A stretch of DNA of 64,000 nucleotides from Haliotis rubra (taxonomy: Eukaryota), in the NCBI RefSeq assembly GCF_003918875.1, contig NW_025767012.1, positions 558,001-622,000 on the forward strand. The letters are read 5' to 3'. Made by a program: the position numbers and the translations under genes. The notes beneath the pieces were generated by a model. That model worked only from the letters and a program-made list of their open reading frames with translations, ran no database searches and was not told where the DNA came from. Positions 39,273 to 52,265 of the stretch are shown one piece after another. Numbering within the stretch: the first letter of the stretch is position 1; each line of letters begins with the position of its first letter.

Positions 39273-39408
39273 CCAGTCGTTGATCTGGAACACACTGAAG
39301 GAGGCCAGTCGTTGATCAGGAACACCCTGAAGGAGGCCAGTCGTTGATCAGGAACACCCTGAAGGAGGCCAGTCGTTGATCAGGAACACCCTGAAGGAGG
39401 TCAGTCGT
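39273..39408. repeat. Short 32-bp tandem repeat (4 copies plus a partial)
   Basis: CCAGTCGTTGATCAGGAACACCCTGAAGGAGG at 39273, 39305, 39337 and 39369; no spacers. Confidence 0.92.
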
Positions 39409-39756
39409 CAACAGTTTGGATCTGGCGGTACCTATTCCATGGTCTTCTAATCACAGACTGTCAAACATTCCACTTATTGGTCACTCACCCTGTGAGTGTC
39501 TAGCATACCAACAGACCGTCGACGCTTCGCGTGTTTCACGTGCCACATAGCATGTGAATATATTGAAGTAAATGACAAATGTATGATCAGTAAAATCAAT
39601 AAGAAAACGGATGTGTTGATGTTTCGTTTAACAGACATAACCGTTTCTACATGGGATGTTTGTCGTAAATAATTATCAGTTTTTTCAAATGATTGGTGTT
39701 CACATTTATATTTCTTCAACCGCTGGTTGTTATTAAGTGTATAGGTTTAGTTTCTC

Positions 39757-39828
39757 AAGTCCATTTCTGGTCGGACCCACCGCGATATTGCTGGAATATT
39801 GCTGAAAGGGGCATAAAACTATACTCAC
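39757..39828 (+). mobile_element. 3' fragment of SINE family A
   Basis: CCATTTCTGG...CGCGATATTGCTGGAATATTGCTGAAAGGGGCATAAAACTATACTCAC aligns with the 3' half of 9122-9296. Confidence 0.75.
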
Positions 39829-39974
39829 AGTATGTTGTTGAATAAGATACGTTGAACATGGGATTCGAACCCGACCTGATGAGTTGCTTCGGTTCACTGA
39901 TCCACACATTGTTTAGCGGTTCACTAATTCCTTCGTGGTTAAGTAATTTTCAATGTTTTATGGGGTTTAATGAT

Positions 39975-41095
39975 TCAAATATTGTTGTGTGGTTCACATA
40001 TTTCAGTATTGTTGCAGGCTTTGCATATTTCAGTATTGTTGCAGGCTTCACATATTTCAGTATTGTTGCAGGCTTCGCATATTTCAGTATTGTTGCAGGC
40101 TTCACATATTTCAGTATTGTTGCAGGCTTCACATATTTCAGTATTGTTGCAGGCTTCACATATTTCAGTATTGTTGCAGGCTTCACATATTTCAGTATTG
40201 TTGCAGGCTTCACATATTTCATCATTGTTGTAGGCTTCACATATTTCAGTATTGTTGCAGGCTTCACATATTTCAGTATTGTTGCAGGCTTCACATATTT
40301 CAGTATTGTTGCAGGCTTCACATATTTCATCATTGTTGCAGGCTTCACATATTTTAGTATTGTTGCAGGCTCCACATATTTCAGTATTGTTGAAGGTTCC
40401 ACATATTTCAGTATTGTTGCAGGCTCCACATATTTCAGTATGGTTGCAGGCTCCACATATTTCAGTATTGTTGCAGGCTTCACATATTTCAGTATTGTTG
40501 CAGGCTTCACATATTTCAGTATTGTTGCAGGCTCCACATATTTCAGTATTGTTGCAGGCTTCACATATTTCAGTATTGTTGGAGGCTTCACATATTTCAG
40601 TATTGTTGCAGGCTCCACATATTTCAGTATTGTTGCAGGCTCCACATATTTCAGTATTGTTGCAGGCTTAACATATTTCAGTATTGTTGCAGGCTTCGCA
40701 TTTTTCAGTATTGTTGCAGGCTCCACATATTTCAGTATTGTTGAAGGTTCCACATATTTCAGTATTGTTGCAGGCTCCACATATTTCAGTATTGTTGCAG
40801 GCTTCACATATTTCATCATTGTTGCAGGCTTCACATATTTTAGTATTGTTGCAGGCTCCACATATTTCAGTATTGTTGCAGGCTTCACATATTTCAGTAT
40901 TGTTGCAGGCTTCACATATTTCAGTATTGTTGCAGGCTCTACATATTTCAGTATTGTTGCAGGCTCCACATATTTCAGTATTGTTGAAGGTTCCACATAT
41001 TTCAGTATTGTTGCAGGCTCCACATATTTCAGTATTGTTGCAGGCTTCACATATTTCAGTATTGTTGCAGGCTTCACATATTTCAGTATTGTTGC
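39975..41095. repeat. 27-bp tandem satellite (about 41 copies)
   Basis: Unit CACATATTTCAGTATTGTTGCAGGCTT. Confidence 0.97.
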
Positions 41096-41127
41096 TTGGG
41101 ATTGTGCGAACACAATTAATCGTACAA

Positions 41128-42073
41128 TGTTCTTTGTGTAATAGTTGTTCTTTGTGTAATGGTATGTTCTTTGTGTAATGGTTGTAATGGTTGTTCTTTG
41201 TGTAATTGTTCTTTGTGTAATGGTTGTTCTTTGTGTAATGGTTGTTCTTTGTGTAATGGTTGTTCTTTGTGTAATGGTTGTTCTTTGTGTAATGGTTGTT
41301 CTTTGTGTAATGGTATGTTCTTTGTGTAATGGTTGTTCTTTGTGTAATGGTTGTTCTTTGTGTAATGGTTGTTCTTTGTGTAATGGTTGTTCTTTGTGTA
41401 ATGGTTGTTCTTTGTGTAATGGTTGTTCTTTGTGTAATGGTTGTTCTTGTGTGTAATGTGTAATGGTATGTACTTTGTGTAATGGTTGTTCTTTGTGTAA
41501 TGGTATGTTCTTTGTGTAATGGTGTAATAATGGTTGTTCTTTGTGTAATGGTATGTTCTTTGTGTAATGGGTATGTGTAATGGTTGTTCTTTTGTGTAAT
41601 GGTTGTTCTTTGTGTAATGGTTGTTCTTTGTGTAATGGTATGTACTTTGTGTAATGGTTGTTCTTTGTGTAATGGTTGTTCTTTGTGTAATGGTTGTTCT
41701 TTGTGTAATGGTTGTTCTTTGTGTAATGGTATGTACTTTGTGTAATGGTATGTACTTTGTGTAATGGTTGTTCTTTGTGTAATGGTTGTTCTTTGTGTAA
41801 TGGTTGTTCTCTGTGTAATGGTATGTACTTTGTGTAATGGTATGTACTTTGTGTAATGGTATGTACTTTGTGTAATGGTTGTTCTTTGTGTAATGGTATG
41901 TACTTTGTGTAATGGTTGTTCTTTGTGTAATGGTTGTTCTTTGTGTAATGGTTGTTCTTTGTGTAATGGTTGTTCTCTGTGTAATGGTATGTACTTTGTG
42001 TAATGGTATGTACTTTGTGTAATGGTATGTACTTTGTGTAATGGTATGTACTTTGTGTAATGGTATGTACTTT
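41128..42073. repeat. 18/19-bp tandem satellite
   Basis: TGTTCTTTGTGTAATGGT (18) interspersed with TGTACTTTGTGTAATGGTA (19). Confidence 0.97.
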
Positions 42074-45000
42074 TATTGCTCATGGGTTCCACCTCGAGAT
42101 CATCTGAACACACACATAAAATCTAAAAATGAAATCAGGAATTAATTTGAGTAGGGACCTATTAAAACTTCCCCACGTGATAATCATTTCATAAACTCTT
42201 ATCGGTGTATGTCATGAAACAAAGGGCAGCCTTTATCACAAGGCGAGTTATAGAAATACCTATTTTAATTAAAATCAATATTAAAAGAATATCCATGAAT
42301 AAATGTCACCCCGCTCAGTTTTATTGAGCCAATAGTTACGGCTGAAGCACACCCACAATAAATCACGTATCGAAATTCATATCCACTGTTTTCTAATGTC
42401 TGCATGCGCGCTGGAGACATGCCACCTTGCTCAACCATGACGGTGTTGTTACTTTGTTTTAAATGATCTTCATTAAAATGAGAATTCGATATGTGGCGAT
42501 TGCATTGCATCAGATTGTAAACAGCTGGTTAACTAATGTGAGCGAGTATGAAGCTGACCGTAGGAATTCAATCATAATATATCATATTGACAAAACATGA
42601 CGGCGTCCTCAATACCACCAGATAGCACTCCACATACATAATGCATCACTGGTGATCTGGGAGTAGATTCTGCAACTAATTACGCTGTTTGGGGGGAAAG
42701 TATAGTGTTTGAAGCATTGTCGGAAGTATTTCATATAGAGCAATAATTAAAAGAGGACTTTATATCACCCCACATACCACACACACCTGATCCCGAGGGG
42801 ATTAGACTTGCTGCGATATTTGAAAAATGTGCAGTGATCCGTGTCGTGTATTTTAAGACTAAATAAATAAAAATATTTGGATCGTAAATAATGGGGGAAA
42901 CAAAGGATGTTTGTTTGTTTTAACGCGTGGAGGAACAATCCAGTGTCTTTCATCATATATTTCACACCTGCGGATACAGCTTTCGTGTGAAAAAATCTGT
43001 TGACACTTGATGCAATTGCCTACATTCATACAGTAGTTACAAAAAAAAGCTTCTTTGAAGCAAGCTAAATCCTACATTCAAACGGACATGTTTCCTCTGG
43101 TATTGTCGAACTGTCAACATATCGAGTTGTTTATAACTGTTCATCAGGCTGGTTCGATATATATATATATATATATTTATTACAATTATTTCACAAAGTA
43201 CATGTCACAACTTTTCAATCATAAAATCTCTCATACAACCATTCTAGACTTTCATTTTCAAATCCAAATTCTACCTTAAAATATGTTGGACCATACATAC
43301 AGATATATAACAAAATAGCACTCACTGGGTATAACTGAATTAAACAAAATATACACATTGCACTGTGAATAAAGGTACAGTGACCAAAGAGGCTATAAAC
43401 CCTTCTTATACATGAATTGGCGCCAACAGAAGATGAGATGGGGTTATGTTTGTTTTTCACCAGTTACACATTCAGTTAACATATATGGTTACTTCTTAGA
43501 AAATATCCTACAATGAGAAATATTTCTGTTGGCACATATATTTTTTAACACTGGTTGTACAGCTCTACGTACAGTCATCAAAGCCCTATGGAGAGCTGGA
43601 ATACAGTCCCTTGGATTTAGAAAGATATAACGTCATGCTCCTCACTGTTGCAATATGATGTTTATATAATTATGCAAAGAACATGTAGGGATACACTGGT
43701 GTTCAAATTGCTTCTGAATTCAAAGTTTAGAGTTGTATAAGACATGTATACTGTATATAAACAGGTATTTATTTTGTTTTTGGTCTGGTTCGATATATGA
43801 TCGTAACGGTTAGGAAGAGAAGGGAGAGGTGGTTTTTCAAACGAAATCACAATAAAAAATGCACCAACTAGTCGCTTCATTTCCTGAATCCTACGATTTT
43901 CTAACCGTACAGAGTAACCTTAAAAGTGTCCCTGTGTTCTCAGGGGGTAACGGGCTTGGGGCTTTTGTTGCATTATAAGCGGGGAAACTCCGATAATCCT
44001 TACATCCTTGATCTAGTCAAATAAATAAGCCCGAATTCTCATTTGAATTTCATTCACACAATGTATATCCATCCACAGTCAGTGGGTGCTATTACATGTC
44101 AGTGTAACAAAAGGAGAAAGGTAATTGATATAAGAAAAAAGTCCCTGTTTAAAATAGATGTGCAATATGAAACAACGGGATAGTTTGTGATTTACTACAG
44201 CTCTTCAGAATCTTCCCAGGGGTCGATTCCGAGAGCCGGCATCCCTAAAAGTAGATAATAACATCAAAGACTTGCCGCCCCACAGGTAACTTCCAAAAGG
44301 TGTTGGGGTAATTCAAAAGTCAATCGCTTGTCCCATCAATCTATGATAGGTAGCCTTTCGATACGCATGTCCGAGTTGCTTTACGACACCAAAATGACGT
44401 AATGTTATGCCCCCTTTCGTTTTACGACAACCCACAAAGCGGTGATATCCGATGTGATGTTACTACCCAGAGCATCTCCATTCCTGGCAACAACTGCGTC
44501 GATATAAATAAATTGGGTGTTTTATGGGTGCATTCTATTCCAAAAATCTTTTCTTGGCACAACAGAAAGGGAATTGACGCATACACAATAACGGCATTTT
44601 CAACTGCCTCGCCACCCTTGGGAGAAGAAAGCACCAATAAAACGCGGTTGGATTTAAATTGATGTTATAATAAATAAACTATAAGCTTTACAAACCAGTG
44701 TATTATGTATAGCCTTATAGGTGTGATTTCAGGAAAGTAATAGACCTTATAAACATTACAATATATGGGATATTTTTTTCTCTGAATTTTTTAAATAAAA
44801 TCCTGGTTAATGACAGTTCTCCAACTTTCAATTCTGAATTATGAAAAAGGAGAGAGCATAATAATTGGAGGTTTATTACACGTAATTCAATTTCATATCA
44901 TTCAATTATACCCCTGGTATTCAATATGGGTGGCAAGAGGTCCTTTTAATCTTCGATTTATGACTTAATACCATTATATCACGATAAATCTCTTATCAAA

Positions 45001-48000
45001 TTATGACAGCCCGCCCATATAGCATAATACACAATTTAAACGTTTATTGACGAAAGGAATGGTTCATTAACCTCAACAAATGCCGGTTGAGACAGAGTTT
45101 GAAAAACAGACAGTTTTATTAAGGTAATAATTCTACTTTAGCCATCAGTCTTCAGAAAAACACATATGTTGGTCCTCAGCGCCTCGTAGTTACACTCAAG
45201 GAAGGTTTTTAGAAATCCAGTTTGGTTCTTAAGCAAGCACTTATATACTTACATTATTCGGGGAAACCATATCACCGTAGACCAGTGATACTTATGTTGA
45301 TCTTAGCTGATAAATAAACACTTGAAAGTAAGTCATAGTTTCACTTGTGTAAGGAAATCCCCTCATGCCAACAAGGAGTTGCTAAGACATCTGCTAACTG
45401 GCATCCAGAGGTCACTTGAGCGACGGAGTAGGTCATTCAAAAGTAGGTAACGTGTGACCTCGAATTATCATGAATTAATATTTATATTAATCATAATAAG
45501 TACACTAATTGGTAGATACGTAGCGGTAACTGATATCGTCAACCTATGCTGAAATAGACTACACGTCTTATTCAACACTAAATGGTCTTTCGTTCGCGTG
45601 TCATAGTTTGGGTAAACGCAATACATTGTTGAGGGGTTGTCGTGTACGAGTACATCGCGAAACATCGTCCTTCACAGTAGTGTGGAAGTGTATGAAGAAG
45701 GGAGAATATTGCTGTAGTTTCCATTAACTTTGCTTGTCTTGTGAAATGGTCAATTTTGATAATCAAATTAATGAAATGAATCAGAATCCATACCAATATT
45801 TATTGTAAAAGCGTGATGATGCCTGCAGAACTTGAGGTCAGAGAATCTTCATTCCTGTTATTCCATAAACTTCATCAAAGTGTGTATTTGTGTACATTGA
45901 CCATTCGGACAAATGAAGACAGCATGACCATATCTATGGACAATTATTTACGTTTCCATATTTGTAGCATCAGTAACCTAAAACATGTCCTATCCATTTC
46001 CATTATTTTCAGGTGAACATTTGACCTGGCTTTGCAAGTGTTTATGACGAGTTCCACAGGTGAGGCAGGATATCCTATCTGGTATCGTCAGTATTTGAGA
46101 GTAATTCACAAACACATGCTCCTGATACAACAGGGATAGTACTGTTGTCTGATTTAGCAGAGATTTTTTGTGACGGTGGAAATTGATATGTAAATTGCAC
46201 TTAAACATTTTCTTTTCACAAATCAATTGATTTCAGCCAACCCATCATATTTCCTTGTTGAGCGTGGACTGAGTCCATTCCACTCTTTAATGAATAGGAA
46301 ACGCCTCCAATATGACAATGTATGGGAACCCGCGAAACTAACAATCCTAGACTCCGGATCTACAAGATTCCCAGGTTGGTATATAGGCATACATGAGTTG
46401 AGAACATTCGATGTACAAAACATACAGATATGTGTCTACAGAGAACGATAGGTATAATCGAGGACTAGATTCAGATGGTATTTAGTACGAGATTTTTATA
46501 TGCTATGAGTCACCATAAAAACATAACCATAAATATAAAATCTTTCTCCAGCTAATATTAAGTATGGTTTTAGTAGAAAATAACTCTTCCTCCTGACGAT
46601 ATTGATAAACGGAATATTTAACAAAGTTGTTTTCCGCTTGAGTAAAACAGACCTATATTCCTTTAGATCTTTTTTGTGACAATAGATGCGGTGGCCACGT
46701 CATGGCGTTTCATTGCTGAGCCCTGCAGGTAAATGTCCTATCACACCTGTATAATCAGCAGAGACTGTTCATAGTGTGGCCCACTATCACTAACACATCT
46801 GAGGATTTTCCCCACAGACGATAATGTCCTAACTGTGTGAGAACGTTCCTCGAGGCTAACACTGCCTCTAAAACGATCCAAAAATCGCTTCCTATAGTAC
46901 CTTGCATTTAAAATGGATTGCTTCGTCCTCAAACAAAAGGAAGTTGTTTACCATAATTGAACCTGTTTGCGGTGTCTTTGAACCGATTCGGTTTACGTCG
47001 TTATCAATTACACCTTCGTGCAGCGTGTGTTTTGTTGGCAATTGATGCGATGATAGGGAGATTTTGATTATATATTAAACATTTGCTTATCAACACAAAG
47101 TGCACGGTAGGATGACGACTCGGGGTGTGATGGGGGTTAATTAATAACGATCTGTGTTATCTGATGAAACTGTACAACAGTTGATAGGTCAATCAACGCC
47201 GTGGATAGACACTTGCACAGCTGACATTAATTGCTAAGTATGGTAATGTACGAATTACTTGGAAACTCATTGTTAAAAGGTACTTCACATTCAATGACAA
47301 ACAGAACAGGTGCATTATACCAGGGCACTGTTTGAAATCTAGAAGCCAACACGACCTGAGGTAGTAATTTTGTGTTATTAATCTTCAATATCAGAACAAT
47401 AAATGTAATTTATTACACAAATTTTGTTAGCATTTTTTTCTTGAGCATTTACAACTTTTATTTCTACTCTATTGCGATTATGGGAAAATCAGTATGAAAT
47501 ATTTGGATGATTTTATCTTAGTCATGTTTATTTCAAAGCAGGAACATTGCGCACATTATCCCGCCCATGGAACCGACAGAAGACCAACATGAATATCCGA
47601 CAATTGTCCCCCATTAAATCTTGAACGTGGACATGGCAGATAAAGCTTCACCGTTTTAAGATATTTAGGAGAAGTGCTAAATTGTATCCCTATTTGTTTA
47701 TTTCGTAACGGGACACCATCTCCTTAGGTCAAGTTCCGAGTAAAGTGACCCACCAGCGTATCCATGGGTCATCGAGACAATATCCTACTTGCTGGTTTAC
47801 CATCACTGTAACTTGACCCCAAACGCACACGGCTCTAAACGATTGCTCCCTTTCAAAAGTTTTATGTGTTTTTTTGTAAATCCCCTTTGTCGAATCGTTC
47901 AAAGTCCCTAATTCCTCGTCTTAGGGGTCAACCAGTTGATTAGTTCAGCTTAACTGGATATTCAATCCAAAACAATTCCTCGGTCATTACATGGAATCGG

Positions 48001-49208
48001 AGAGCGAAAACATCAACCGACGGATTAGAACAATGAAGCCTCCCCGAAACTCTAAATTCGTGGTTCTAAAAAGGCTAATGTGAAGTGCGTGAAACGAAAG
48101 ACCAAATTAAGGCGCCATTAAACCCAAATGAATTCTCGACTACAGAGTCTTTTGTCAGAAATTACGATCGTTGGGCGGCTGTGTATTACCGTTGAATACA
48201 GGGCTTCAGCTTAAGCGATTTAATTAGCCTTTAAATCTTCATCAGTGGTTGTTAGCTCAGGTTTTTCCGGCGGTTGCAGTTCACAATGCGCAGCGCTCTG
48301 TCAATTGGTTTCCCAGCATCGTTCTGTAATTGCGTTGCTTCCATTAAACCATAATAGGATGATACACTACTTCACTTTGAACGTAGACTTTTTCGCAATT
48401 TTCTTAGAGACACAGGGCAAACTTGATAATTTGGTCACACGTGACGGTCGCGTGACGATGTCACGACAAGGGACCAGTAATTTTTATATGCGACCGGAGG
48501 TGCTCGAAATGGTCTTGTATTTCGCGGGAGGTGTCGCACGAATCATTATTCGCACTTCTTTGGCAGAAGATTATGGTTCCTGATGAATCTTCCTGACGCT
48601 CAGTTTGCAAATAGCTGCCAAGATAGATGTTACTTGCCAGTCATGAGCCACTCGAACTGAAAGTAATTTTCTAACTGCCCTATTGGGACGTCTCTCCTTC
48701 ATTGTTTGACTAACTGAGAGCTCGCCTCTTCGGTGGCGGAAATATTGTCTGGGAGCATCGCGCGCCATTCGTGATGTACCCTGTCATAATTTGGCAGAAA
48801 GCGTTTTGGGAATCCGCCAAGCGAACCATTACAGATAAGCCACTTATACCCTCTACCTTGCAGCTTGATTACTGTACTCAATAAACACATTAAGATAAAA
48901 AATCGTTTAACTTGTTCAAATATTATCGTTAGGGCCCCGTGACAAGACTAGCCCCCAAACCCGTGCTATAACGCTTCTGGTTTTATGACTACAAAACATG
49001 CTAAGATGGTGGTTTAACATTGTAGAGAGGATCTGATTTTGTTCCTGGATGATGAGAATAATTCTCAGTTTATATCATATATAGGTGAAGGCAGGAGAGT
49101 GTCAATAATCTGTAACGCCATTAAACTGTTTGAATTCTGGTTGAAGTGTTAATTGTAGTGCCGCTGCAGTGTTGTTTCTGTGTTTAGCGTAGTGCAGTTG
49201 TACTTTTG

Positions 49209-49758
49209 GTTGTGTGTAGAGCCACTGTAGCACTCGCTGAAGCGTTGTGTGGAGAGTCACTGTAGCACTCGGTAAAGTGTTGTGTGGAGAGCTACTGTAG
49301 CACTCGCTGAAGTGTTGTATGGAGAGTCACTGTAGCACTCGGTAAAGTGTTGTGTGGATAGCCACTGTAGCACTCGCTGAAGCGTTGTGTGGAGAGTCAC
49401 TGTAGCACTCGGTAAAGTGTTGTGTGGAGAGTCACTGTAGCACTCGGTAAAGTGTTGTGTGTAGTGGCACTGTAGCACTCGCTGAAGTGTTGTGTGTAGT
49501 GGCACTGTAGCACTCGCTGAAGTGTTGTGTGGAGAGTCACTGTAGTACTCGCTGAAGTGTTGTGTGGAGAGCCACTGTAGCACTCGCTGAAGTATTGTGT
49601 GGAGAGCCACTGTAGAACTCGCTGAAGTGTTGTGTGTAGAGCCACTGTAGCACTCGCTGAAGTGTTGTGTGTAGAGTCACTGTAGCACTCGCTGAAGTGT
49701 TGTGTGTAGAGCCACTGTAGCACTCGCTGAAGTGTTGTGTGTAGTGGCACTGTAGCAC
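49209..49758. repeat. 35-bp tandem satellite a (about 15 copies)
   Basis: Unit CACTGTAGCACTCGCTGAAGTGTTGTGTGGAGAGC. Confidence 0.96.
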
Positions 49759-50080
49759 ATTTGCTGAAGAGTATTTAATGTCGTACCACTGTATTATGGC
49801 TGTTGTGCTATTCTAGTTGTGGTTGAAGTGTTTAATGTAGTTACGCTTGAAGTGGTTAGTGTTGTGTCACTGTGTTATAGCTATAGTACTATTCTATTTC
49901 TGGTTGAAGTGACCATTGCATTGTGTTTAATGGTTCCTCTGTAGTTCCGGACGAGGTGACGTGTTTTTTAGTGTAGTGTTATTCTGTTTACAGTTGAAGT
50001 GTTTTAGTGTAGTGTTAATCTATTTAAAGTTGAAGTGATTTAGTGTAGTGCTAGCGTAGTTCTGGTTTAGTGTAATTACG

Positions 50081-52265
50081 GTAGTGGTGGCAGTAGCTGT
50101 GATGGTGTAGGTAGAGTAGTGGTGGCAGTAGCTGTGACGGTGTGTGTAGAGTAGTGGTGGCAGTAGTTGTGAAGGAGTAGGTAGAGTAGTGGTGGCAGTA
50201 GCTGTGACGGTGTGTGTAGAGTAGTAGTGGCAGTAGTTGTGAATGAGTAGTAAGAGTAGTGGTGGCAGTAGTTGTGACGGTGTGTGTAGAGTAGAGGTGG
50301 CAGTAGTTGTGAAGGTGTAGGTAGAGTAGTGGTGGAAGTAGTTGTGAAGGAGTAGGTAGAGTAGTGGTGGCAGTAGCTGTGACGGTGTGTGTAGAGTAGT
50401 GGTGGCAGTAGTTGTGAAGGAGTAGATAGAGTAGTGGTGGCAGTAGCTGCGACGGTGTGTGTTGAGTAGTGGTGGTAGTAGTTGTGAAGGTGTAGGTAGA
50501 GTAGTGGTGGCAGTAGCTGTGACGGTGTGTGTAGAGTAGTGGTGGCAGTAGCTGTGAAAGTGTAGGTAGAGTAGTGGTGGTAGTAGTTGTGAAGGTGTAG
50601 GTAGAGTAGTGGTGGAAGTAGTTGTGAAGGTGTAGGTAGAGTAGTGGTGGAAGTAGTTGTGAAGGTGTAGGTAGAGTAGTGGTGGCAGTAGTTGTGACGG
50701 TGTAGGTAGAGTAGTGGTGACAGTAGTTGTGAAGGTGTAGGTAGAGTAGTGGTGAATGAGTTTGGTTTTACGTCACTTTTAGCAATATTCCAGCAATATC
50801 ACGGCGAGGGACACCAGAAATGAGCTTCACACAATGTACCCACGTGGGGATTCGAACCCGGGTCTTCGGCGTGACGAGCGAACGCTTTAACCACTAGGCT
50901 ACCCCACCGCCCCAGGTAGAGTAGTGGTGGCAGTAGTGGCAGTAGTTGTGAAGGTGTAGGTAGAGTAGTGGTGGAAGTAGTTGTGAAGGTGTATGTAGAG
51001 TAGTGGTGGCAGTAGCTGTGATGGTGTAGGTAGAGTAGTGGTGGCAGTAGCTGTGACGGTGTAGGTAGAGTAGTGGTGGCAGTAGCTGTGATGGTGTAGA
51101 TAGAGTAGTGGTGGCAGTAGCTGTGACGGTGTGTGTAGAGTAGTGGTGGCAGTAGTTGTGAAGGAGTAGGTAGAGTAGTGGTGGAAGTAGTTGTGAAGGT
51201 GTATGTAGAGTAGTGGTGGCAGTAGCTGTGATGGTGTAGGTAGAGTAGTGGTGGCAGTAGCTGTGATGGTGTAGGTAGAGTAGTGGTGGCAGTAGCTGTG
51301 ACGGTGTAGGTAGAGTAGTGGTGGCAGTAGCTGTGATGGTGTAGGTAGAGTAGTGGTGGCAGTAGCTGTGACGGTGTGTGTAGAGTAGTGGTGGCAGTAG
51401 TTGTGAAGGTGTAGGTAGAGTAGTGGTGGCAGTAGCTGTGAAGGTGTAGGTAGAGTAGTGGTGACAGTAGTTGTGAAGGTGTAGGTAGAGTAGTGGTGGA
51501 AGTAGTTGTGAAGACGTATGTAGAGTAGTGGTGGCAGTAGCTGTGATGGTGTAGGTAGAGTAGTGGTGGCAGTAGCTGTGACGGTGTAGGTAGAGTAGTG
51601 GTGGCAGTAGCTCTGATGGTGTAGATAGAGTAGTTGTGGCAGTAGCTGTGACGGTGTGTGTAGAGTAGTGGTGGCAGTAGTTGTGAAGGAGTAGGTAGAG
51701 TAGTGGTGGCAGTAGCTGTGAAGGTGTAGGTAGGGTAGTGGTGGCAGTAGCTGTGACGGTGTGTGTAGAGTAGTGGTGGCAGTAACTGTGATAGTGTAGG
51801 TAGAGTAGTGGTGGCAGTAGCTGTGCAGGTGTAGGTAGAGTAGTGGTAGTAGAAGCTGTGAAGGTGTAGGTAGCAGTAGTGGGGGCAGTAGCTGTGAAGG
51901 AGTAGGTAGAGTAGTGGTGGCAGTAGCTGTGCAGGTGTAGGTAGAGTAGTGGTAGTAGAAGCTGTGAAGGTGTAGGTAGAGTAGTGGTGGCAGTAGCTGT
52001 GATGGTGCAGGTAGAGTAGTGGTGGCATTAGCTGTGACGGTGCAGGTAGAGTAGTGGTGGCAGTAGCTGTGAAGGTGTAGGTAGAGTAGTGGTGGCAGTA
52101 GCTGTGAAGGTGTAGGTAGAGTAGTGGTGGCAGTAGCTGTGAAGGAGTAGGTAGTAGTGGTGGCAGTAGCTGTGACGGTGTAAGAAGAGTAGTGATGACA
52201 GTCGTTGTAAAGGTGGACGTAGAGTAGTTGTAAAGGTGGACGTAGTGTAGTGGTGGTAGCTGTTG
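50081..52265. repeat. 35-bp tandem satellite b, interrupted by a SINE
   Basis: Unit GTAGTGGTGGCAGTAGCTGTGA(A/T/C)GGTGTAGGTAGA. Confidence 0.96.
50755..50913 (-). mobile_element. tRNA-derived SINE, family A, inserted in the 35-bp satellite
   Basis: Reverse complement closely matches 9122-9296. Flanked by AGGTAGAGTAGTGGTG (50739-50754 and 50914-50929), a probable TSD though confounded by the host repeat. Confidence 0.92.

Noticed and set aside
39273-39408. CRISPR-like 32-bp repeats
   Set aside because: Head-to-tail with no spacers, no cas genes, eukaryotic context; the same holds for all other arrays.
39874-39905. CTGATGAG as a hammerhead ribozyme core (also near 2825)
   Set aside because: No stem II followed by GAAA and no closing helices found by eye.
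39852-42113. Long ORFs of 387-481 aa on both strands (FTYFSIVAG, KYVKPATIL and CSLCNG repeats)
   Set aside because: The 27- and 18-bp units are multiples of 3 and stop-free in several frames, so ORFs arise automatically on both strands; no unique domain or splice context.
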